From Chlamydiales bacterium (lineage in GTDB: Bacteria > Chlamydiota > Chlamydiia > Chlamydiales > JBDQID01): DNA of 23,617 nucleotides. The first letter of the stretch is position 1. Every line of letters starts with the position of its first letter. Under the pieces are notes generated by a model that had not been told where the DNA came from, searched no databases, and worked only from the letters and a program-made list of their open reading frames with translations. This document shows, in pieces, positions 1 to 7,547 of the stretch. Location: NCBI GenBank assembly GCA_047611865.1, contig JBLFWS010000037.1:1-23617 (forward strand). Reading direction: 5' to 3'. A program made the position numbers and the translations under genes.

Positions 1-130
1 CTATTAACAAGACGATAGAGGTCAGAAATCCCTGAAGACCCCTTAGGGGAAGGTGGAATACCGAACGAATCATTAACGCTGTGAGGATTGCGTCATTGGA
101 ATAAATTGTGGGGTGTCCCTTTTTTCCTAT
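1..130 (-). pseudogene. IS5-family (IS903 group) transposase fragment, N-terminus missing, continues beyond the left edge of the window
   Basis: Manual translation of the minus strand from 130 gives IGKKGHPTIYSNDAILTALMIRSVFHLPLRGLQGFLTSIVLLI. This matches the IS903-type N-terminal motif (RGRP.xYSD.AI...L.I..VF.L.LR..QGF..SI). The frame hits TAG at 170-172 inside the adjacent repeat, and the usual NW..YN..L..RG segment is not found. Confidence 0.8.
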
Positions 131-373
131 CCCCGAGCTAAAGCACGGGGCTATCAAGAGGGAAGACCACTACCGTGGCCTTAAGAAGAAATTACCTATA
201 CACCCCTCTCCAACAAAGAAATAAAATTATCCCATTATTAGCTAATTTGAATAAGCCGGCTATGGATAACTCCTAATAGCCACGGTAGTGGCTCTGTCTC
301 CAAATAGCCCTGTGCTTTAGCTCAGGGGATGAACGATACACATTTCGTGCCACGGTAGTGGCACCTCTCCAAT
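129..373. repeat. REP-like hairpin units: an inverted doublet plus a third partial copy
   Basis: 129-179 (ATCCCCGAGCTAAAGCACGGGGCTAT...ACCACTACCGTGGC) is an imperfect reverse complement of 279-330 (GCCACGGTAGTGGC...ATAGCCCTGTGCTTTAGCTCAGGGGAT). GCCACGGTAGTGGC recurs at 349-362. Each unit carries two small hairpins. Confidence 0.75.
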
Positions 374-566
374 ACTTCAAGAACAGGTAGCTTAAGCATA
401 GCTTTACTTTTCTCGATTTAGCCTTCGCAATTTTGGCAATTAGACATATTCTAACGGCATGATCCTACAGCCCTTTTTGTTACCTAAAAAAGCCTCTTTC
501 TGAACCATGCCCAAAATTTAGAGTATTGAGCCATAGAGAACAAGGTTTGAACTGCTCCATTTTTTT

Positions 567-989
567 ATGAAGCTTTGCGAGGAAATTTTGAAGATTACAA
601 ATCAACCTTTTGTAGAAGAAGAAATAGACCATTTAACAAGTGATATCATTGGAGCTGCTATCGAAGTTCATCGTCACTTGGGACCGGGTTTACTTGAATC
701 AACTTACGAAGCCTGCCTCAGTTATGAGCTAAGAATTAGAGGGCTAAAGGTGGAACAGCAAAAGTCTATGCCTATCATTTACAAAGATGTAATGCTTGAG
801 TGTGGTTATCGTTTGGATTTGATCGTAGAGAATCAAGTAATTGTGGAAATAAAGTCCGTGAAGGAACTTGCTCCCGTTCATGAAGCTCAATTGCTTTCCT
901 ACCTTAAGCTACGCGGTGGAGGAAGAGGTCTTCTTATAAACTTCAATGTAAAGTTGTTGAAGAATGGTATTCGCCGGATGAAAATTTAG
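567..989 (+). CDS. GxxExxY family protein (PD-(D/E)XK nuclease-like)
   Basis: IIGAAIEVHRHLGPGLLESTY (GxxExxY motif), RLDLIVENQVIVEIK, QLLSYL and GLLINF. The start codon is uncertain because there is no clear RBS. Confidence 0.93.
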   Translation: MKLCEEILKITNQPFVEEEIDHLTSDIIGAAIEVHRHLGPGLLESTYEACLSYELRIRGLKVEQQKSMPIIYKDVMLECGYRLDLIVENQVIVEIKSVKELAPVHEAQLLSYLKLRGGGRGLLINFNVKLLKNGIRRMKI

Positions 990-1022
990 CCTCTCTCTGT
1001 GTTCTCGGTGAACTCGGTGGTT
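990..1022. repeat. Short 9-nt-period repeat tract directly after the GxxExxY stop
   Basis: CTCTGTGTT-CTCGGTGAA-CTCGGTGGTT. From memory, this resembles the ctctgtg-type tracts that flank GxxExxY genes. Confidence 0.5.
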
Positions 1023-1040
1023 GATTAATGCAACAACGCC
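1023..1040 (-). mobile_element. IS903-like terminal inverted repeat, probably the left end of the element whose transposase fragment is at 1-130
   Basis: The minus strand reads GGCGTTGTTGCATTAATC, 15/18 identical to the IS903 end as I recall it (GGCTTTGTTGAATAAATC). Its orientation fits the minus-strand transposase. Confidence 0.65.
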
Positions 1041-1181
1041 GTTCAAGAGCGGTATACATTTTGCTTATTCTTGGCAGACTTCCTAAGGCTTTAGAAATCC
1101 TGTATTTCATATAATTTTTTTAAACTGTTAGTATGAAGTATGAAGGAAACTCCTGAAGAGACCTATTAGTTAAGGTGTAAG

Positions 1182-2051
1182 ATGCTATTAGTTGATCCTG
1201 AAAGGATTAAGCATAATGAAGACTCCGCAGCAGATGTAAAGATTGAGTATGTTGGGAGACAGCGCTACCCCGTTCTTGTTGTGGATAACTTTTACTTGGA
1301 CCCGGAGTATGTAAGAGGCCTTGCTTTAGATCTCCACTATTCACCCGTTTTGACTTCTTCTTATCCAGGAGAGCAGGCCATCATCAGTTTACCTATGACA
1401 GAACTCTACTCATTTATTTACCGTCATATAGGAAAGCTTTATGGCTTATCGAAAAAAAGTACAATGGCTTTTGGTGATCAGATATTGAGGTTTTCACTAA
1501 TCAGGAAGCATGAAAAACCTAATCATGTGGAAATTGCTCACATAGATCCCACTCTTTTGCAAATACTTATTTATCTTACTCCTTCTGAAAAGTGTTTACC
1601 AGGCACTTTGTTCAAGCGACATAAGGAATATGATATTGATGAGCATGTCTTTGAAGTAGACACAATGAAAGCCGCGTATAAGCTCATAGGTTTATCCATA
1701 GGGGAAAGCGAGCCACAGTGTGTGGTTCAAGAAGCTATTTTGAGGAGAGTTATGAAAATGGGGCTATTTGCCCGTTATTTTAACTTACTTAAAGAAGGCA
1801 GGATGAAGAGTTTTCGAGATATGCAACTACTACTTGATACGGCAAGAGATAATTATCATTTGTGGGAAGCGTATCATTCCGTTGAAATGAAATTCAATCG
1901 TCTTGTGTGTTTCCCGGGATTTCTTTTTCACGCTCCATCTTGGGAGGAAGACGCATGGGATGGAGAAAGGAAGGAAGAATATCGATTAACGCAAAATTGT
2001 GCTGTTACCTGGCCTTTTAAATCAGGAAAGAGAAAGTGGTATTCGATTTAA
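1182..2051 (+). CDS. DUF6445-like 2OG/Fe(II) oxygenase-fold protein, subtype A, triad intact
   Basis: VLVVDNFYLDPEYVR and SYPG; AHIDP (HxD); MKFNRLVCFPGFLFH (distal His); YRLTQN (putative 2OG-binding Arg). RBS TAAGG(T) upstream. Confidence 0.8.
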   Translation: MLLVDPERIKHNEDSAADVKIEYVGRQRYPVLVVDNFYLDPEYVRGLALDLHYSPVLTSSYPGEQAIISLPMTELYSFIYRHIGKLYGLSKKSTMAFGDQILRFSLIRKHEKPNHVEIAHIDPTLLQILIYLTPSEKCLPGTLFKRHKEYDIDEHVFEVDTMKAAYKLIGLSIGESEPQCVVQEAILRRVMKMGLFARYFNLLKEGRMKSFRDMQLLLDTARDNYHLWEAYHSVEMKFNRLVCFPGFLFHAPSWEEDAWDGERKEEYRLTQNCAVTWPFKSGKRKWYSI

Positions 2052-2941
2052 CTAGAATGAGTTTGAACTCTGAAGAGAAGATGGAGATTTCTGTCGAGCA
2101 TATTGGGCGGAAAGGATATCCCATTCTTATTGTGGATAACTTTTATCGTGATCCCGAATACGTCATGCAGGTTGCGATGAGCATCCAGTATTACTATTCT
2201 ATGGGGGACTACCATCTTTTTAAACTGGGAGTTTATGAGCAAAGTCCTATGCTTATGGCTCAAATCGGAGTAGATCAATCTCCCATAAGTGACTTTCTTT
2301 ATAGGCACTGGGCATCGCATTATATCGACTCCTTTGAAAAGCTTCAACTCTCTGAGCACACAACGAGTTTGTTTGGAACAATAAAGACAGCTGATGAAGC
2401 GGAGGGAGTTTACGGATTTCGACCGCGTGATATAGGGGTACTTCTTTATGGCGTAATGTTTCTATCTCTTTTTGAGAAGGAGTCAGAGGGAATTGGCTTT
2501 TACCGAAACAGGGATGTGGATATTGAAGAAATTATCAGTTTACCACTTTTGGCTTCTCTTGAAGAAAAGTATCCTCAACAGGATCCTGAGATAATCAAAA
2601 GAGTTTGTGAGATGGGGATTTATGACCGTTTTCGTGAGCTGCAAGATGAGGGAAAGGTGGAAGATTACCTGGACCTCCTGGCTTGGGTTTATGAGGTACC
2701 GCCATCTGAATTAATGGACAAAATGATAGAGAAAGATCGGATGAGTGATAGATGGGAGCAGTACAGCTTTGTCGAGAAGAAATTTAATCGCCTGGTGGCT
2801 TTTCCAGGGTTTCTTTTGCATTCAATGGAGGTGAATTGTGAGTTAGGGGCAAAGGAGTCTGAGTTTGAGAATTTGCATCAATTTTTTATGTATCCGTGGA
2901 CTCCTGTTGTTGTGAATGGCAGGAGAGTGCCCTTGCAATAA
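2036..2941 (+). CDS. DUF6445-like oxygenase-fold protein, subtype B, HxD lost
   Basis: ILIVDNFYRDPEYV and KFNRLVAFPGFLLH. PRDIG sits where paralogues have PHVDP. The GTG start overlaps the upstream gene by 16 nt and aligns with the start of the 12886 paralogue. Confidence 0.8.
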   Translation: MVFDLTRMSLNSEEKMEISVEHIGRKGYPILIVDNFYRDPEYVMQVAMSIQYYYSMGDYHLFKLGVYEQSPMLMAQIGVDQSPISDFLYRHWASHYIDSFEKLQLSEHTTSLFGTIKTADEAEGVYGFRPRDIGVLLYGVMFLSLFEKESEGIGFYRNRDVDIEEIISLPLLASLEEKYPQQDPEIIKRVCEMGIYDRFRELQDEGKVEDYLDLLAWVYEVPPSELMDKMIEKDRMSDRWEQYSFVEKKFNRLVAFPGFLLHSMEVNCELGAKESEFENLHQFFMYPWTPVVVNGRRVPLQ

Positions 2942-2961
2942 AAGAGGATAGGAATTTTATT

Positions 2962-4185
2962 ATGCTTGGAAAGTTAATGTCATTGGAAGAGGAGGAGGTA
3001 TTTTTTCAAGATCATTTTGAAAAGAGCCCCATGATTCTTAACCGGGAGAATTCAGATAATTTTTCAGAGATTCTCTGTAATGATGAGGTAGATAAGATCT
3101 TTTCTTCCTGGGATCTGAAAAATTTGTCTCCAGAAGTGATTGGGAAAGAAGATTTTGATCTTTTCGACGGGGAAACAGATCGGGATTCTTGTTATAAGTT
3201 AAAGTCTACCAGAGGGGGAATTAAAGAACTTTTCAGGCTTTATGGAGATGGATATCCCCTTAAGTTAAACAATATGCAAAAAAATGCTTATCCTATCAGA
3301 GAAGTTTGCAGCATACTTGAAAATGTTTTTTTTAGTTTGGCCCCTCGTGCTGTAGTTTATCTTTTTCCCTGTATCTCTCGCTTCTCTATTAAAAGGGGTG
3401 CAGGGGATATGGATGCGTTTCTTTTTCAAATTTCGGGAAATACTCAGCTTCGAATTTCCAGGAATGAGCAAGGGAAGATGCAGGGAGATAAAGACTCTGA
3501 TTCTCAAGGTCTTATAGAGCAGGATCTAGTATTTTCCAGTGGAGGCCTGGCCTATATTCCCAAGGCTTATTCTATTGATATGCAAGCAGAAGAGCAGTCC
3601 TCGGCAAAAACTCTTTTGATTGAGTTTAGCGGTCTTTCAGTGAAAGATTTTTTATCTAATTTGGTCATGCAGCTGGCAAAGTTACACGAGAATGTAGATT
3701 TTCGTCGTAGCATCCCTCTATCCTGGGTAAAAGCTGGAAAAATGTTGGACGAATCAGATAGAGAGACGCAAGAGGCAAAGAAGATTCTTGGTAATTTACG
3801 GAGTTTTTTAAAAAGACCTGAGAATATTCAGCAGCTGCGTAAGCAGTTAAGTTCCTGGAAGGCAATGAAAGCAAAACCTCTCCTGAAAAGGCAGTTACTA
3901 TCCATCCATTCTCTGAAGCATTTAAGTGTAAACAGTGAAATCCAAATGAGAGCAACGGCCTATGTTTCTATGACGACAGGTCCTGAAGAATTGACGTGGA
4001 AGTTTTGTGGAAGCTCCTCCTCTTTCCCTCTGAATTTTGAAGAGGGCTTGAAGGGATTAATGTCAGGGGCGGAAGTACGCGTAAGGGATATAAAGGGGGA
4101 TATGCTACTGGAAGAAAAGTTTAATATGGCCAAGATGTTGGTAAGCGAGGGATCTTTTGAAATAATTTCCCATGAATTATCTTGA
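2962..4185 (+). CDS. YcfD/NO66-like JmjC (cupin_4) protein lacking metal ligands
   Basis: FFQDHFEKSPMIL N-terminus, DAFLFQISG, GGLAYIP and a winged-helix-like tail (VRVRDI...LVSEG). No HxD and no distal His. Start moved to ATG 2962 (RBS AGGATAGGA; aligns with paralogues). Confidence 0.78.
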   Translation: MLGKLMSLEEEEVFFQDHFEKSPMILNRENSDNFSEILCNDEVDKIFSSWDLKNLSPEVIGKEDFDLFDGETDRDSCYKLKSTRGGIKELFRLYGDGYPLKLNNMQKNAYPIREVCSILENVFFSLAPRAVVYLFPCISRFSIKRGAGDMDAFLFQISGNTQLRISRNEQGKMQGDKDSDSQGLIEQDLVFSSGGLAYIPKAYSIDMQAEEQSSAKTLLIEFSGLSVKDFLSNLVMQLAKLHENVDFRRSIPLSWVKAGKMLDESDRETQEAKKILGNLRSFLKRPENIQQLRKQLSSWKAMKAKPLLKRQLLSIHSLKHLSVNSEIQMRATAYVSMTTGPEELTWKFCGSSSSFPLNFEEGLKGLMSGAEVRVRDIKGDMLLEEKFNMAKMLVSEGSFEIISHELS

Positions 4186-4194
4186 GGAGGTGGA

Positions 4195-5397
4195 ATGTTA
4201 AAAAAGTTGATTGATCCCATAAGTGAAGAAGAGTTTTTTTCTGAATACTGGGAGAAGAAGCCATTGTTCATTCAAAGGCAGGACCCTTCTTATTTTTCAG
4301 GGCTAATGTCTTTTGAGGATTTGGACGAGATATTGACAGGCAGAGAGATCTTAGAAGAGAATTTACGGGTAATAGACACGCCGATTTCAAAGTGTTATGC
4401 GGGCAGTGATTTGAGTTGTAAGCTTGTTTATCATTACTATGGTAACGATAAAACTGTAGTGCTTAAACAAGTTCAAAGTTTGTGGGGTCCGGTTAGAAAA
4501 TTCTGCTACCTGATTAATAAGTCTTTTCGTTTTATAAGTGGGGTTTGTGCTAATGCATATCTTACACAGGCTGAGACTCAAGGTTTTGTGCCACATTATG
4601 ATACCCATGAAGTATTTATTGTGCAGCTAGAGGGATCTAAACTTTGGAAGCTTTACGATACCCTTTTGGATTTCCCCATGCCGAATCAGCCGGTTTACTC
4701 TGAGTTTCCTCAGGGTACTTCATTAGGAAGTCCGACGATGGAAGTAGAAATGTTTCCCGGGGATGTCTTGTATATTCCAGGCGGTCTTGTTCATGAGGCT
4801 AAATGTTTTGAAACAGCTTCTTTGCACCTCACTTTGGGATGGGATACGGTTACTTTTGCTGGTTTGTTGGACAGTCAGGCAAAAGCCTTTTCAGAAAAAT
4901 TCCCGGAACAGCAAGTTTCTATTCCCTTTGCTTCTTATTTTTTAGGAGCTCCAACCGGTGGAGAAAAGGAAAAGCAAGAAGCCCAGAAATGGGTGGAGAG
5001 TCTTGTGGATCAATATTTTGAGCCTTCAAAGTTTTCGATGGCATTGAGAGATATTTCGGGTGACTGGAGGGCAGGGCATGAGGTTTTTTTGGAAGGGCAG
5101 CTTAGGATGGCTGATAGCTTGAGAAAGGGGGAGTTATCTTTGAATAGTTTGATTGCTCCTAGAGATCCTTTTATTCCGTATTCCTGTGAGAAATCGGAGG
5201 AGGGCTTTGTGAATTTGTCTTTTCACGATACAAATCTTCGTGTGTCACAAGCCCAGGAAGAAATTTTTCGTCATATTCTCTCAATAGAAAAATGTAGAGT
5301 TAAGGATCTCCCTGGAGACCTTAGTGACAATGAAAAGTTAGATTTTATTCGTTTGATGGTTATGGAGTGTGTAGTCTCATTGAGTATAACAGAGTGA
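4195..5397 (+). CDS. YcfD/NO66/MINA-like JmjC 2OG oxygenase, triad intact
   Basis: FFSEYWEKKPL, ANAYLT, QGFVPHYDTHEVFIVQLEGSKLW and PGDVLYIPGGLVHEA. RBS GGAGGT. Confidence 0.9.
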   Translation: MLKKLIDPISEEEFFSEYWEKKPLFIQRQDPSYFSGLMSFEDLDEILTGREILEENLRVIDTPISKCYAGSDLSCKLVYHYYGNDKTVVLKQVQSLWGPVRKFCYLINKSFRFISGVCANAYLTQAETQGFVPHYDTHEVFIVQLEGSKLWKLYDTLLDFPMPNQPVYSEFPQGTSLGSPTMEVEMFPGDVLYIPGGLVHEAKCFETASLHLTLGWDTVTFAGLLDSQAKAFSEKFPEQQVSIPFASYFLGAPTGGEKEKQEAQKWVESLVDQYFEPSKFSMALRDISGDWRAGHEVFLEGQLRMADSLRKGELSLNSLIAPRDPFIPYSCEKSEEGFVNLSFHDTNLRVSQAQEEIFRHILSIEKCRVKDLPGDLSDNEKLDFIRLMVMECVVSLSITE

Positions 5398-5412
5398 ACG
5401 GCATAAGGGATT

Positions 5413-6606
5413 TTAGAATTCCGCATTGGTAAGACTTTTCTTTAAGTAGTTTATCAGGAGAGAGAATCGTGGGTAGCGGGCCTGGCTTGAAGTAGGGAAC
5501 CTTCTTTGGTTTTCCGAAAAGATTTTTTCCAGATATATTAGTGAGAACATCAATTTTATGAAGTTGATTTGATCTTCGGGTGGGAGTTCCTCTGCAGTAG
5601 AAAGGTATCCTTCCCGCCAGCTTGTGCAAATGTTTGCGATGTCTTCTTGTTGGCAGCATGTTTCAGAAAGTATCATCTGGGTGGTTTGTTCAAAGGATGC
5701 GAAGTCTGTAGCTGGTGATCCTATGGGGTTTCCGAAGCGGTCGATGGAAAAATGAGCTCCTGATACTCGGTGTAAAAAGAGTTGATCTTCTATATCCGCA
5801 TAAATGAATTGGTTTAGGTGGGCAAATCCTTGGGTAAAAGTACTGGGGTATTTTGTGATGCTTGCAAGTTGAAAGAGATGCAAAAAATATTTGTTTAAAA
5901 GGTGAAAATCGATATCTGGCAAATGGGGTAAGATTTCATTAGCAGGGCCTAAAAGGGATTTGTAATGTTGGATGAGGCTTTTTGGCCATGTCATTTCCTG
6001 GCCTTTTTGGAAGGAGTGCAGTTCACCAAGAGCAAGGCCTATTTTTTTTACAAGCGTGTGGATTTTTTCCAGTGCTTTGTTGTAAGGAAAGGTTTTGAAG
6101 CTGTCTTTAAGAAACTTCTCCGCATTACTTCCGCTGTGGCTGGTGTAAATATGGTGAAGAAATTCTCTGACATCGCTTTGATGCTTTCCTAGCCATATGA
6201 GTTGGGGGCTGGAAATATTTTTCATTGTTATTTTTGAATACAGCTCTATGCCTGATAGAGACTGTATAACGGTATCCTGTGAACCCTGCTTGATAAGGGT
6301 TATTACAGGATCTAGATATTGTGTAAGAGGTTCTTCCGGGAATGCTGAGGTCCACCCTGGCAAGGTGGAAAAAGGGCTTGGAACCAAGTCCATATTTTTT
6401 TGGTTATAGGATTTAATCTCTTTATTTATAGTCTCGTAGGGTTCTTTGGGATCTCTTGTAATTCCGTAGTCTTTGGCGATTGAGCAGATATTTTGAAAGG
6501 CTGTAAAAGCGCGAAGATCATTTTCACTGGTGTATACAACATCTGCGGTGGTGAACCGTGCTTCGATTGCAAATGCTAGAGCTTTGTCTACAATTTCTTC
6601 CATCAT
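5413..6606 (-). CDS. Maltokinase/APH-like protein-kinase-fold protein with degenerate catalytic motifs
   Basis: IGLALGELHS; TQGFAHLNQFI (compare HGDLHLGQVL); SPATDFAS (compare SPLRDVAG); WREGYL. The likely start is ATG 6606 or 6603, since the 6711 start would overlap the divergent gene. Confidence 0.6.
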   Translation of the reverse strand: MMEEIVDKALAFAIEARFTTADVVYTSENDLRAFTAFQNICSIAKDYGITRDPKEPYETINKEIKSYNQKNMDLVPSPFSTLPGWTSAFPEEPLTQYLDPVITLIKQGSQDTVIQSLSGIELYSKITMKNISSPQLIWLGKHQSDVREFLHHIYTSHSGSNAEKFLKDSFKTFPYNKALEKIHTLVKKIGLALGELHSFQKGQEMTWPKSLIQHYKSLLGPANEILPHLPDIDFHLLNKYFLHLFQLASITKYPSTFTQGFAHLNQFIYADIEDQLFLHRVSGAHFSIDRFGNPIGSPATDFASFEQTTQMILSETCCQQEDIANICTSWREGYLSTAEELPPEDQINFIKLMFSLIYLEKIFSENQRRFPTSSQARYPRFSLLINYLKKSLTNAEF

Positions 6607-6685
6607 GAAAATATATAGTGGTTTTTCTTTTATCTTGGCAGAATTCTCTCTTGTGAACAAGAGTTGATTCTTGGAGGTCGAGCTG

Positions 6686-7546
6686 ATGGGACAAGAAATG
6701 AGTTTGAACAAGGAAAGGTTAGAGCTGAATCATCCTTCCAGGATGGTTATTCAAATGGATAATTTTGAAGGAAAGAAATTCCCAATTATTGTGGTAGATA
6801 ACTTCTATAAAGATCCCGATTACGTTAGAGAGCTAGCCTTGAGTTTGGATTACCAAGAAAACAGAGGTCATGCTTATCCAGGTGTAGAGGCAACGATTGA
6901 GTTTGATAGCAGAAAATTTTGGGCGTTTATTTATCGATATTTTGCGAGACAATTTGGGTTTACTGCCAAAAGTCTTAAGGTCAATACTGTATCTGAGTTG
7001 AAATTTTCTATGATAGGATCGTCTGGTTCTGAGGGGTACCCCATACAAATTCCTCATGTGGACCCCAATTTGTTGCAGGGTTTAGTTTTTCTCAACCCTC
7101 CTGAGCAATGCAAGGGAGGGACATCTTTTTTTACGAATAAAGAAATGGGATTTGGAGAGGTTGTTGGAGATGTTGAGGTATTGAGCTATACCTTTGGATT
7201 ACTTGGGCATCCAGACTTTGCCGGGTGGCAAAGTTCTTTAGACGGAAGAGTGATAAACAACCTTTTGAAGATGGGCCTTCATACGGAGTTTTTCGAATTG
7301 TCAGATAAAGACAAAACTATAGATTACAACTCTTTAAGGAGAGCTCTCTCTTTGGAGAATTCTTTGTTGACAGATTTCTGGGAAGAAAAGAAGGCTATTG
7401 AGATGAAATACAATCGTCTTGCCTGTTTTCCAGGTTTCTTTATTCATTCGGTATTTTGTGAAAGCGGGTGGTTTGGAGATAAAAAGGAAGAAATGAGACT
7501 GACGCAAAATTTCGGAGTTCCCTGGCCTTACTGTTTGGAGGTATAA
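6686..7546 (+). CDS. DUF6445-like 2OG/Fe(II) oxygenase-fold protein, subtype A, triad intact
   Basis: IIVVDNFYKDPDYVR, AYPG, PHVDP, GGTSF, MKYNRLACFPGFFIH and RLTQN. GGAGG at 6673-6677 supports ATG 6686. Confidence 0.83.
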   Translation: MGQEMSLNKERLELNHPSRMVIQMDNFEGKKFPIIVVDNFYKDPDYVRELALSLDYQENRGHAYPGVEATIEFDSRKFWAFIYRYFARQFGFTAKSLKVNTVSELKFSMIGSSGSEGYPIQIPHVDPNLLQGLVFLNPPEQCKGGTSFFTNKEMGFGEVVGDVEVLSYTFGLLGHPDFAGWQSSLDGRVINNLLKMGLHTEFFELSDKDKTIDYNSLRRALSLENSLLTDFWEEKKAIEMKYNRLACFPGFFIHSVFCESGWFGDKKEEMRLTQNFGVPWPYCLEV

Positions 7547-7547
7547 T

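Noticed and set aside
129..373. CRISPR array
   Set aside because: The copies are inverted or partial, irregularly spaced, and there are no cas genes.
181..566. Missing transposase N-terminus (WDNFISLLERG-like reading on the minus strand near 200-235)
   Set aside because: The spacing does not fit the NW..YN..L..RG motif and the frame is bounded by stops, so it is probably chance.
2896..2961. Cys-rich N-terminal extension MDSCCCEW of the first JmjC ORF
   Set aside because: It overlaps the upstream gene. The RBS and paralogue alignment put the start at 2962.
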